From positions 62,001 through 126,000 of the forward strand of contig MU058134.1 of assembly GCA_013265495.1 (NCBI GenBank): a stretch of DNA of 64,000 bases, written 5' to 3'. The DNA is from Vicugna vicugna (Eukaryota). The notes below the pieces were generated by a model. It was given only the letters and a program-made list of their open reading frames with translations. It had not been told where the DNA came from and made no database searches. Shown in pieces: positions 41,451-53,940 of this stretch (position 1 is its first letter; each line of letters begins with the position of its first letter). A program made the translations under genes and the position numbers.

Positions 41451-41790
41451 TGTTTTCTGGCCCTTTTTAATGGTTTTTGATGCCATTGGGTCACTACAGC
41501 AGGGCACGGACATTTGTAGGGACAGAGAGATGGCTACCAGCAGAGAAAGGAGTCAGGGGCAGGAGGGATGCATGAGGGGTATGAACTGTGGGTGGAAGAA
41601 AGGGTTCTGATGGAGACTCATCCTGTGTCCTCAGGGAGGAATGTTTGGGGGGCCTTTCTGCCCCCGTGGTCACCAGAATGTTTTCCGGCCTTTTTAATCA
41701 ATCCCTTCTTAGAATGTAGACTTTAACCCCAGAAACATTAGGTGTGATTTATGGGAAAAGCTTTAGTCTTAAAGCAAAATCATGGTGGAG

Positions 41791-41922
41791 GGGAAGGGTA
41801 TAGCTCAAGTGGTAGACTGCATGCTTAACACGCACAAGGTCCTGGGTTCAATCCCCGGCACCTTCTCTAAATAAATTAAACAAACAAACAAACTTAATTA
41901 CCTTCCCCCTCAAAGGAAAAAA
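41791..41922 (+). mobile_element. tRNA-derived SINE (camelid vic-1 type)
   Basis: A box tagctcaagtggt, B box ggttcaatccc, A tail; perfect TSD aaaatcatggtggag (41776-41790 / 41923-41937). Confidence 0.93.
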
Positions 41923-42389
41923 AAAATCATGGTGGAGAGTGAGGCAGGCTGAGACGTGGGGGAGAAGGGTCTTTCTTACATGGGTTTAATTTCCGGCTGA
42001 TCTTGATGGTCTTTTGATGGAGACTGGTACATGGATGCTCCTCTCTGGCCTTGAAGGCTGCATCCCAGGAGGACCGCTCATTGCCCTGCCAACTCATGTA
42101 CAAATTGAGCCAATCAGAGGCTCCTCAGAGGACACAGACAAGCCTAGCCAGGGAGACCATCAGCTGATTCTGGATGCTCTCTAGGGCATTACAGTGGAAA
42201 GAGCACTGGACCTGGAGTCCAAGACCTTGATCTGAGTTCTGGCTCTGCTGCCCTCCAGCTGGGTGACACTCAACCTGGAATCATTCGTGAATCTATTACT
42301 CGGCTATTAGATTCCATGCTAGATACTATGACATGAATAATGTTAATGAGACATTCCTTTTAAAGTCCTAGAAACTAACTAATGTTGAG

Positions 42390-43503
42390 CAAATCTTTTT
42401 GTTGGCTGGTTTAAATAGAAAATAGCTTGTACTCATCTTTGCTTCCACAATCTGTTGCAATATATTGCTTTGGTTGACGTTTATGAAGAAAATAGAACCT
42501 CACAAAAGTATATACATGGGAAAAAGAGTATTTTAATAGTCCTTTCAGATGACTGAATATTCTTTTTGAATACTACATGAACATTCAGCGAGTGATAGTT
42601 TCTTAAAGATTAGTTGCAATGTGGAATCTGAAACCATATCAATGAACTTTTCTCACTCAGTTACATTAAAATACATTGATCTAGCTTGCATCTTCAGTAG
42701 AATTTTTTGCAGGCATGATTTTGTAACATCGTGCATTGGTCCTGTGGAAAATACTGGGTTACTGATGTATGCAGATCTTTGAAACACTAGCACATTCTAT
42801 TACACTGTCATGAGAAGTCTCATTATTAATATTACTCCTGATATTATTACCATTGATCGTACCAGAAAATTCTTTTAGTATTTGGAAGCTTTCAAATCCG
42901 TGGTGTGAAATTTCCAACAGTTTCATTTTTGCTCAAAAGCTTGAATTTTATCATTTGCAACTAATACTGTCAATTGTTCTCCTTGAAGTGGTAGCATCAC
43001 TGACTTCATTTTCAAGAAAATGTCTGCCAAATACCCAAATCTGAATAACTATATTTTTTTGAAGGTTGTTCTTTCAAGTCAAAATGGTGCTCTGTGAAAA
43101 ACCACTAGTTTGCATGCGTGTTTTTTCTGGAGATCACCATGATACTCTGATGGAACAAAATTGCTTTGTGCATATATCCCATTCCATCATACAGAATTTA
43201 GAAAGTCATGTACTCAAGGGTCAAGGCTTAATAAAAATAATAATTTTACTGTTTCATCAAGGATATTCATAAGTAGAACAAGCTTTAAAAATTTTGTTTT
43301 TAATTTGCAAGTACCCAGTGGTGAGGCATAGAATGACTACCTGCTCAGCTTCCAGCAGTTTTACTCAACATTGTTTCCCATCATTGCATATGTCAACAAA
43401 GTTAGAATTTTAAAAAGCAAATAATGTGCTAGCATCACTGTAAAAATGCTTTTGACCTCTTGGACACCTTGAAAGGGTTTGGGGAGCACTTTGCAAAATG
43501 CTG
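42390..43503. mobile_element. hAT-Charlie DNA transposon fossil (Charlie1-like), second copy
   Basis: Colinear similarity to 3950-5018 (ttttcaagaaaatgtctg, tactcaagg, atgtcaaca); terminal ctttgcaaaatgctg. Confidence 0.8.
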
Positions 43504-45209
43504 TCCTACAAGGTGAGGCCTGGACTTAATTTGGCCCAGACAGTGCTCCGTGACCTGCCCCTGCCAACCTGGTCCCCACCTTCTACCGGTCCATCCCTGC
43601 TGAAGTTCAGCTGGAAAGAGTGGACTCATCCTATGGGGGAGGAGACCTGGCTCTAGAACCCAAACCAAGCTGCCTAGCTGCCTGTTTTCTCCCAGAGCAG
43701 GAAACAAAGGAATATTCTTTCATGCTTCAAACCTCTGGGCCTTTGCTTGAGCTGCTCACTCTGCCTAGAACTCCCTTTCCTTCCTAGGGAGCTCCTACTC
43801 ATTCTTCAAGGTCTAGCTCAAATATCACCTCCTCTGTGAAGCCTCCCCTCTTGCTGCAGTCTGTACCCACAGTACTTTGTACACACTTCATTTACAGAAC
43901 TTAACACATTAAAGAGTTGCCTTAGCAGCAACTTGGAAATCCTCAAACCGAAAGCTGGACTTGGTTTCTTAAATCATTTGCTTTTAAAACCAGCTGTGGA
44001 TGGACAGTCTATTTATAGCACCCCCCCTTTTTTTAACCCTATTTAATGTGAATATCTGCACGTTTCACTTTAGGAATATAACTGTGTTTGATTCCCAGGT
44101 ATTTGTGCAGACCCCACCGGGATGCCCTGTATCATCTGTCTAAACTCTGATAAATTCTGAAATCCAAGACCCACTTGATCCCTAAGGGTTTGGGGTGAGG
44201 GATTGTGGGCTTTTATTATGGTCCCTTGAGTACAGCCATCTCTTCTGTTTAACTGATATCCACGAGGCTGGTACCATGTCCTAAACACATGTATAGTCCC
44301 CGATTCCAGCAGTGTGCCCGGTGTGTGGTCGCACACAGCAAAGTCTGCAGAATAAGCTGAGTTTACGAATTGTCCATAATGCTAAGGAGAACCCCCACAC
44401 CAAATGTTATGGAACAGGTGGGATCTCAGATCTTTGGGGTCGTGTTCAAGTTACAATGACTGAATATATGCCTCTAATTTTGCTCCTTCCTGAAACCCCA
44501 TGAGAATTTCCAGAAGAGGGATTTTTGACAATAAATACATAATCCCACAATGTTGAGAAAACAGGGCAACCACATCCTCAAGAAAAGGACAGGAGGGATG
44601 AAGCTGGCAGGCACCGAAAACTGAAGCCAAAGTAGTTATGGGGTGGGCTGAGCACAAACCTGACTTACACAGCAGATCCAGCCCAAGACAAAGAAATGGG
44701 CAGGACCAGGGTTCCCGGTGAGTGAAAGGGGTGGCGGATGAGGGTGGAGGCTAAAACAGGAGTGCCGGGAGCTATCTAGGAAGCAGTTAGATCCTGGATC
44801 CCCTTTCTCACTCTTCACTCCCACACACTTCCTTGCAGCTGAGTCTCCCCCACGCTGGATGAAGTCTGGAAGATGATGCTCAGGAGACAGTGAAGAGCAG
44901 CATCCCCATATGGGGGTACCAGGCACCACTGAGGACATTAAAACAGAGATAAGGGATGATATGTATTTTAACACTGAACACGGAAACAACATACTCCCTC
45001 TGCTCCAAACCTCACCCCTCAGGTTGGTTCTTAGAATTCTAGAACCAAGCCCTTTCCTTCCAGGAAGGAGGTTGGAAGACATCTAGCTTGAAGTAAAGAC
45101 TTAAAAACACTGATGTACTGGGTTTCCCAACATCTAGGCCCCCCAGATTACCCTGGTGTGAAGCTCCAAGTGGCTAGTCCCTCATGCACTCAAAGCTTCC
45201 AATTTTTTT

Positions 45210-45531
45210 TAAACTATTTTATTGACAACAGATCTAAGAAATATTTCATATCTGAGGGAAACCTTTAACATGGAAGAGAAAGACCAAAACAAACAGTATA
45301 AAAGCAACCTGGAAGAAAAAGACATTGTGCCAGGAGTTTTTAAAAATATATTTTTGTCTTCAGAGAGGTAAGAAAACATTATCGCATTCCTGAAGTGAAA
45401 CAAAAACAGGATACCATGAGAAAACATTCAAAGATTTAGAAAGAGCTTTAGATATTAGACATGATAGTTGAAATTTAAAAAAACAATAAAAAAGTTGAAA
45501 AATCAAGTTGAGGAAACATCTTAGAGATGAA

Positions 45532-45573
<42 letters not shown>

Positions 45574-46080
45574 AAGTACAGACAAGGAGATCCAACATCA
45601 GAATAATACGGTTCCGAAGAAGAGGACAGAGAAAATGGAGAGGAAGAAACTTATCATGAAAAACTCAAGAAATTCTGCAGAGTGCAAATTTCCAAAGTGA
45701 AAGGGCCAAGTGCCCAGCAGCATGGATGAAAATGCACTCAAATCAAGGCACATGACTGACATTTCAGAACACCGAAGAGAAAAAAGGAAGATTCTGTCAT
45801 CTTCCAGAGAGAAAAACAAAACAAAATGGTATTAGAACAGCTTCAGACTGCTCATAGCAACACTGAGGGCTAGCAGATGACCCAATGCCTTCAAAAGTCT
45901 GGATGAAAATAACCTTCAAAGTAGAATCCTATTCTCAGGGAAGGTATCAACTAGCTGTGACAGTTTGACAAAAACATTTTCAGGTATCCAAGATCCCAAA
46001 ATACTTTCCTGTGCAGCCTTTCTCATCAAGCTCCTGGAAGATCAACTCCAATAATACAGGACATAAATCACTAAGTAGGA
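45210..46080 (+). mobile_element. Ancient L1 ORF1-like / HAL1 fragment containing a long poly(A) run (45535-45570)
   Basis: ggagatccaacatc, atttcagaacacc, cttccagagagaaaaa, caatgccttcaaaagtctg, agaatcctattctcag are degenerate ORF1 motifs. Confidence 0.7.
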
Positions 46081-46755
46081 AGCTGTAGGCTTGGTAAACC
46101 AGAGATCTACTGAGTGACAGTCGTGCCCCAGACTCAGAGGGTGACCAGTTCAACCAGTCCAGAGGGAGTCCTGGGACTCAGCATGCAGACAGATACATTT
46201 GGGGCATTATCATCAAGATCCTAGCTCAAGGGGGAGAATGCCCAGCTAAGTAGCACTTTGGTTGTTTTCTAGATCTTGCCTTAACTGGGTGCTGAGTCCC
46301 TGCTCTCCCAAAAGTGAAGGGCAGTTGTTTCAGCTCCGCAGGTGTTGAGTTTTGACCCACTTCTGAGATGTAGAGGTCGGTCATTGAGCTGAAAAGCAAA
46401 AGCAAATACAAAACAGAAAATGGAGTAGCGCTCTCCCCGTGAACGTACTTCTGCCAGACTGCAGCGCCTGGCTCACCCTGCAGCCATGCAGACGCCCTGA
46501 TGTCACCCACTGACTTCCCTGGAAGCCGCTCTTAGAAGCAACAGAAGCCTCTGTTGGGCCAGTTCCTTTCCTCCGGGGGGATTTCATCTATCAGCAGCTG
46601 CATTGCCCCTTCCTCACAATGGTTTGGGCTTGCTTCTCAGTTTTCCAAAACTAAGCAATATATCACTTACTGAGTATATTCTGTATCTGTTATGCGGATG
46701 GTACAACTATGAAGAAACATGAAAAAATATTTAACTCAAAAATCAAGATAGGGCT

Positions 46756-46895
46756 GGGGGAGGGTACAGCTCAGTGGTAGAATGTGTGCCTAGTATGCAC
46801 AAGGTCCTGAGTTCAATCCCTGGTACCTTCATTAAAGATAAATAACTAAAAACCTAATTACCCCCCTCAAAAGTTTACAAAATAAATAAATTTTT
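46756..46895 (+). mobile_element. tRNA-derived SINE (camelid vic-1 type)
   Basis: gggggagggtacagctcagtggtag...gagttcaatccc; TSD aaaaatcaagatagggct / aaaaatttagatagggct. Confidence 0.92.
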
Positions 46896-47306
46896 AAAAA
46901 TTTAGATAGGGCTTGCTTTGGCGAGGAGAGTGATGCTATCTTTGAGGAGCTCACAGTGGGATTTTAAACCTACCTGAAATATTCTTATTTCTTAACCAAT
47001 TTTTTAAATGTTATGCACATGTCTTGTATATTTATGATTCAATTCACAATAAAAATTTTAAATTTAGGAGAAGTGAGGGGATTTTAAATGGCAACTCAAG
47101 AGATATCAGATACTTGATTTGTAGGTTTACTTCATAATGAGCCCAACTTTAATCACTCTGTTTAATACTGGAAGCTGCCCCTCCCTTACCCATCACCCCG
47201 TCCTTGCTTCCATTATCTGCCCCTCATCCTCAGACTCTTCCAATTCCCCTTCCCTGCTCAATTTCTCTTTTCCATGGTACTTATTAGCATCTTATGTCCT
47301 CTAGAA

Positions 47307-47646
47307 GAGTAGATCTCAAAATTCCTGGTTCCAAGGTCTGTTTCATGCTCTTAAATACTATTGAAGACTTCAAAAAACCTCTTATGTGGGTTGTCTCTAT
47401 TGATATTTACCATATTTAAGTTGAAACTGAGAAATTTTCAAAACACAAGGATCACAAGGTACATGCTCTGTAAGCTGTCAGATGTCATGTAGCCTCTAGA
47501 AAACTCCACTGTATGGTTACAGGAATGAGAATGCAAGAGGTAAACAACATTTGGTTTTGTTACAAAAACATTTTTGACCTTAAGGACCCCCTGAAAGGGC
47601 TTCAGGGACCCCCAGGAGTGCCAGGAACTCAACTTGGAGAACCACT
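47307..47646. mobile_element. Short Charlie1-derived hAT element (MER64-like)
   Basis: Shares both termini with the Charlie1 copies; flanks ctctagaa / ttttagaa fit an 8-bp hAT TSD. Confidence 0.7.
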
Positions 47647-49437
47647 TTTTAGAACAATGCCCAGCACAGAGTAGGCACTACTCAAATATGGACTTCATGT
47701 CTACTACACAGAACACCCTCTGTTAGGTGCTACCAGGGACACAAAGGTAGGAAAGACCCAGTTCCTCCCTGTGAATCACATCTCCCAGATGCCTTCTGGG
47801 CCACTGGTGGTAGAACATTTGCATTCAACCTAATTCTGTTTCTTGAGAAGCCCTATCACGGCAGCAAGCCTGGTGTTGGTCCAAGAAGAGTCTACAGCGA
47901 GCCCACACTGTTGACCAGTCCAGAGGGCTTCATGACATATGTAAGTGTTTCTCATGAAGACTGATCACTGAGTTAGAAACAGGGAGTGGTGAATACATGT
48001 GGCGTCTTCAGAGCAGAGGCAAAGAAAGCAGGGAGAGATGACCCAGGCCCAAGAATCACGTGATCTTGGGTGGGTCACTTTCCAAGTCAGTTTCTTCCTC
48101 TGCTCATTGGAGCTATGTAACTAGAGGCTAGCCCCGAGGTGATGCTTCTGGTGTTAACAGTCCATGGTTCCACTAATGTCAGCGCAACATTTCCAGATCA
48201 TAAGCACCTGGTTATCAGTTGTCTTTCTGGTGAGTGTGTGAACCCAGTCAGGCCACCTGTGGAACTTAGCCTGCTTTGGAGACATTTGGTCTCCTGCCCA
48301 GAAAACCTCAGGGCCACTGGAGTCATTTGGGATAGTGGAGCAATAAAGAAAACAAACTGGAATCCCAACAGCTGATGTAACACAGAAAACTAAGCCCACC
48401 CTACATTTCATCTGGAATCCAGTTTTGGCTGAACCAAGTGATGACAACTGATGGACTCCAATGGGAATGATGATCTGATTAATTCTCATAAAGTTTCTTT
48501 TTTTTTTAATGTATTCTTTCATTCAACAGATAGTACTGAGAAGATATTATTTGTCACCTGCCATGTGAGATATTGAGCATACGTACCATTATGAATAAAA
48601 TGCATTTGTGATACATTTTATTTTAAATGAACCTAAAAGGCACTTGAGAGCTCATTTAAATTTTCCAGAGAATTAAATGCCAACATTTAAATATCTAGAG
48701 ATTTCATGCTAAAAAATCAAAATTTGCAGAATGACGTGAAGGTGAGTTTGTCATTGCCTCCCAGTTGTCTTCAGTCCCTGTGGTCCTGCCCCTTCCCTGC
48801 CTGGCCCCTGTGGCCATTTGAGGTTCCACCCTTGATGTAGGGCTGGTGGGGAGGGTGGACGGTTAATGAGTAACCTTGTGTTAAAGACTCACTGGAACTG
48901 TTGCAAAGTGCTAAGAGAACATGCTTAGCACATTTTTTGTGCATCCTGCACATCCCTAAAGGCTAGAGAGGGGAAGGGAGGGAGAGATTCCAGCTCCTGA
49001 GCCGCTAGTCTAGGAGGGCGGCAGAGAGCTTAGTGTAGGAGTCCAGCGTCCTGCCTGTGGGACTGTGCTACGTTGGAGTCTGAAAAGAGCAATTCATTTC
49101 ACCAAGGTTGGGAGTGGGAGCAGATTCCAGATTCCAAACAGTGTTGAGAGAGAATAAGATAAAGCAGGTGAGGTAAGGAGGAGGGGTGAGAGGATCAAGC
49201 TGGGGGTCCACCCTGTCTGTGTTGAGTCTTCAGAGCACAGGACCCAAGTATGGCCTGCATCTACAAACACATAGCCCTGAAGGCGAATGTTGTTATGAAC
49301 ACCCCCCTAGTTACTTCTCCTCAACCAGTGCTCCCTTTACGGTCTTTTCTTATGCTGCTCTCTCTGCATGGGATACTCTTCCCCCATAGCTTTCCACCTT
49401 CTTGTGATTCAGCCCTTGGCTTAAAAGTGACCCTCTC

Positions 49438-50217
49438 GGGGGTGTGAGAAAAGGGAACCCTCCTACACTGCTGGTGGGGAGGTAGTTTGGTGCAGCCACT
49501 ATGGAAAATAATATGGAGATTCCTTTAAAACTAAAAATAGACTGACCATATGATCCAGCAATCCCACTCCTCGGCATATATCCAGAGAAAACTCTAAATT
49601 GTAAAGATATATGCACCCCAATGTTTATAGCCACACTATTTACAATAGCCATGAAGTCGAAGCAACTTAAATGTCCATTGACAGACGACTGGATGAAGAA
49701 GTTGTGGTATATTTATGCAATGGAATGCTACTCAGCCATTAAAAAAAAGAATGAAATAATGCCATTTGCAGCAACATGGATGGACCTGGAGATGATCATA
49801 CTAAGTAAAGTTAAGTCAGACAGAGAAAGACAAGTACCATATGATATAAGTGGAATCTAAAAAAAACCCACAAATGAACTTATTTATAAAACAGAAAGAG
49901 ACTCGCAGACATAGAAAAGAAACTCATGGCTACCAAAGGGGAAAGGGCAGGGGAGGGATAAATTAGGAGTTTGGGATTTGCTACTACTACCATTATACAT
50001 ACAAGGTACTATGTATAAATATCAACTACTATATATAAAATAGATAAACAACAAAGTTCTACTGTATAGCACAGGGAACTATATTCAATATCTTGTAATA
50101 ACCTATATTGAAAAGGAACCTGATGAAGAATGTATATATAAATGTATAACTGATTCACTATGTTGTACATCAGAAACTAACACAACAATGTAAATTGACT
50201 ACACTTTAATTTAAAAA
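49438..50217 (+). mobile_element. 5'-truncated LINE-1 inserted into an L2 3' end
   Basis: ORF2 C-terminus (MFIATLFTIA...MPFAATWMDLE), 3' UTR and A tail; TT/AAAA target; TSD aaaagtgaccctctc (49423-49437) / aaaagtgaccctttc (50218-50232). Confidence 0.95.
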
Positions 50218-50864
50218 AAAAGTGACCCTTTCAGAGAAGCAGCCCTCTCTGGTCTCCCAATGGAAAATAGCCACCCACGCCCCCACAATCCCATCACCCT
50301 GGTCTGAGTCTGAGTGGTCCTTACCACTAGCTAACATTTATACTGCTTATTTTAACCCTCTCTCCTCACCAGAAAATAAGCCGGTGAGAGCAGGGACCCT
50401 GTCGGTCACCTTCACTGTCACTTTCCCCACACCTTCAACAATCTCACCACCCAGGGACCACCCAACACTTGTTGAATGTGAATGAACAGTGTATGAGGCA
50501 CGATGATGGCTGTGTAGGGACAGGTGAGAAATCCTAAATTACAGGCTGCAAAGAAAAAGAGGCACCGAGATGTCCAAGGGGGAGACTGGCTGGCACCAGC
50601 GGGGGTGGCCACAAAAACAAGGTGGTTTGACAAGAAACCAGGAGCCTCCACACAAGTGCTAGGGGAGTTGGCACTGGAAGACCAGGGGCATCAGTGCCTG
50701 GAGGAGACTCCTCCCTGGGCCTGTTTCCTTATCCACGCGATAGGGATGATCATGATACCAACCTCACATGGTTATTCTGAGAATGAAATGGTGAAGGTTC
50801 AACATGGAATGTGCTTCATATATAAAAGTTATTTTATTTATTTTTTAATAAATAAAACTTTTAG

Positions 50865-50988
50865 GTGTGGGTAGGGTATAGCTCAGTGGTAGAGTGCGTG
50901 CTTAGTATATACAAGGTCCTGGGTTCAATTCCCAGTACCTCCTCTAAAAATTAATAAGAAAACATAATTATCCCCCAACCCCCTAAAA
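50865..50988 (+). mobile_element. tRNA-derived SINE (camelid vic-1 type)
   Basis: gggtatagctcagtggtagagtgcgtgcttagt...ggttcaattccc; degenerate TSD aaaacttttag / aaaatttgtag. Confidence 0.9.
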
Positions 50989-50989
50989 A

Positions 50990-51534
50990 ATTTGTAGAGG
51001 TTCTTTGTTGATTTCTATTTCACTATTATGCCATGAGTTCATAGGGAATGGACTCCAGACACTTGGGGTCCTTTCACAAAGTGGGCCTCTAGGTGGAGAA
51101 GGCTGGCACTTCAGTTGAACCCACGTCATTTTCTTGTTGGCTTCCTTCTTTTTCTGATTGTTTTCCTTCACACGTTTCAAGGAGCTGCCTCGGCTTTTAG
51201 AGTGCTTCATATGCTTAATACGTACACTCATTCTCCTGGCAAGAATCTTGCCCTTAACTTATTTGTTGACTGTGGTGCCAACGGCGGGCTGGGGGACCTT
51301 GTGGATGCTTCCTATTTTGCCACAGGAAGCTTCAGGGAACTGGGGGACGTTTTGAACAGTGCCCATCCTTTGATGTTGACGCATCACCTTTCTTGTGGAT
51401 TCGTGTGTCTGTGGCCAAGAAGCAGCTCCGTATTTTCTCAGTAGCCTAGAGGACATGGTGTGCTTCCCTCCTTTCTCTTCATGTTGGTCATTTTGGCAGA
51501 TTATTGCAAGATGGTGATTCTGGACGAAAGGAAG
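50990..51534 (-). pseudogene. RPL21: Processed pseudogene of ribosomal protein L21 (eL21)
   Basis: Intronless match ([44 protein letters not shown]). ATG at 51491, stop at 51028-51026, 5' TOP-like cttcctttc at 51534; several frameshifts and an internal stop. Confidence 0.95.
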
Positions 51535-51679
51535 TTGCTAGTTACTGGATAAGATTCATTTTGCCCTCACACTGCTTTGCGCTGTGAGTCTGAGTAGGCT
51601 GGGGAATTGCTGGGGAATGATGGAAGATTAGGACACAGGTCTTAGACAGGAGAAACTTCCATCCCTGTTATAGTTGTTT

Positions 51680-52120
51680 TTTTTCAAAACAGACCTGGAC
51701 CCAGGGATCTGGGTGTAGTGGTTTATCTGGGTCATGATCCCCAGAAGCACAGCCAGGGAGGAAGACAGGGAAGGATGAAAAGAGAAGAAAAGCTGTATTT
51801 TTGAGCCAGTTACCATTGTGGGCAACTCAAGCTCACTCCCACTGTGGCTCTCTGAGGCTAGTGTAGAAATAGCTCTCAGCTGTCCTTCTAAGAGGTGAAA
51901 GATGGGGAATTTGTGCACCAACTTCTGTCCCTCCTTAGTTAAGAGGTGCCTCTGGGGATTCTCCTTGGGGGGGGTCCTTCTGGAACCCTCTGTTCCATGG
52001 ACCAGCCAGAGAAAGCTCTTCTGGCAGGTGTTAGGAAGCAGGTGACATGAGGGAACTGTCTGCAGAACCCACAAGTGACTTTCACAGGAAGCCAATGGGA
52101 TAGGCGTGTGACAACAACAG
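51680..52120 (-). mobile_element. LTR16-like ERVL LTR
   Basis: gtggtttatctgggtcatgatcccag, gagccagttaccattgtgggcaact motifs. Confidence 0.65.
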
Positions 52121-52189
52121 CGTCTGATACTTCTCCTTTGGCCTTTGGGTGCAGGTTGGGAGAAATGAATCCCCTGGGGAAGGAGGGTA

Positions 52190-52540
52190 CTAGGTTGTAT
52201 TGTTTCAACATATTCATTGCCCTTCCCTTCAGAAGGATTAAACATCCCTACTCCACTGAGGGCAGGCTTGGCCACGTGGCTTGCTTTGGCCAATGGAATG
52301 AGAGGAGAATCCAGGTGGGTACCTTCCATCATGTGGTCCACCACCCTACCTCTTTTCCCTTTGCCACAGACCAGTAATGACCAAGATATGGACCAGTCCA
52401 TCAGCCTGGGTCCAGAGTGAAGACATATGTATAACCAACCCACAATGGATATGTGAACAAGAGATCTTCGTGCTTGTAAGCTACTGAGAATTTAGAGGTC
52501 TTAGTTTCTGCCACATATCTTAGCCAGAGCTGACTAGGCA
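52190..52540 (+). mobile_element. MLT1-type MaLR LTR
   Basis: ggcttggccacgtggcttgctttggccaatggaatg, catcagcctgggtcc, taagctactgaga...gctgacta. Confidence 0.8.
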
Positions 52541-53658
52541 GAAGGAGAGATTTCTCTGATTAGTGATTTGGGAAGAAGAACTGGACAGGGCTTGGCTCAG
52601 CAACTTTATTCTTTCTTCAAATCTGCTTGACTCCTAGAAGGTGAAGCCATTGCAGTAAGGAGCCAGTCCCTGTCAGGAGTAGCATGTGGCTTTCCAGCTA
52701 TGCCAGTGGCTTGGTGGTTGAGTCTAATTCAAGAGTGGAGGTTCACAGCACATCCATTTGGCTGCGCACTCACACCTATTGTTGATCAGTGAGAAATGTT
52801 TTCATTTCTTCTCTCTGTGTCTGTCTCTAAATCAGTTCCTGACTTGATAGGGAAGAGATGTTATTTATTGAGCCCCTTCAAATTTCAAAAGCCTTTCTGT
52901 ATGATTCCAAGTTGCAGGGAAAGAATTTTTTTTTCCAACTTACTGAGTTCTGCCTGCCTCTCACTGTGGTACTTGCCATGCTCAGCTTCATTTTGTACAT
53001 TAACATAAAAAATAAACAGGAATGTTAACTGTACTTTTTATGTTTATGAGCAGGTAGAGTGCAAAATTACAGGGAGTTCTGGCTGATAAGCACTGTCTTA
53101 AGTCACAAAAGTGGGAATGGGGAAGGATGTATGCCTTGTGGAAAATTATTTCCACCTTGCCTTCTCAGTATTCCCAACTCTTTTTTCCTTCTTAATCTCT
53201 CTCTCTCTCTCTCTCTCTTTTTAATCTCTACCTCCTTTGCTCATCTCCATAAAAACTGAAACAGTAAATGTCTTGGGTTTAAACAGAATTGATAGGTTCA
53301 TGGATCTTTCATTCACTCAGTCATTACTTATTAAGCATCTCAGGATGCCAGGCTTGATGCCAGGCTGGTTGAGAGAAGGGATTCAAGATATCATTCTTGT
53401 TTTCCTTCCCACCACTCTCCTTCCAATTCCAAGCTTTGAATATTGTCTAAAGATAATACTTAATATTTTATTAGAATTGGTGTCATTTTATATACCTTCA
53501 GTTTCACAGATTTTCATGAAAACGGTCAAGCTTTTGACCAAAAACATAATTAAATTATATTTTATATATAAATTATTATATATTTTATTATTTAATTGAT
53601 TTAATTAATTTAATTTTTATATATAATTAAATTTCATTTCCTGCTCACATAACAGTCT

Positions 53659-53940
53659 TGTTTTTGGTTGGGGGGGGAGTGTAGTTAATTTACAATGTTA
53701 GTTTCAGCATAGAACAAAGTGATTTAGGGTGTTATACATACATACATACATATACAGTCTTTTTCAGATTCTTTTCCATTATATGTTATTACCAAGAAAT
53801 TGAATACAGTTCTCTGTGTTATACAGGAAGTCCTTGTTGATTATCTATTTTATACATAGTCATGTGTATCTGTTAATCCCCAATTCCTAATTTACCCCTC
53901 CCCCACCCTTTCCCCTTTGGTAGCCATAGTTTGTTTTCTA
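53659..53940 (-). mobile_element. Short LINE-1 3' UTR insertion within an antisense MLT1-type LTR (~53630-54235)
   Basis: Reverse complement of the 3' UTR seen at 49920-50210; degenerate TSD tcacataacagtct / tcacaacacagtct. Confidence 0.85.

Noticed and set aside
41791..41870. tRNA-like A and B boxes here and at five other sites
   Set aside because: SINE heads with A-rich tails and, in several cases, TSDs; not tRNA genes
51628..52443. 271-aa minus-strand ORF
   Set aside because: Runs across two unrelated LTR fossils, has no ATG at its annotated start and no recognisable domain
53545..53635. Quasi-palindromic AT-only stretch
   Set aside because: Low-complexity sequence in which self-complementarity is expected
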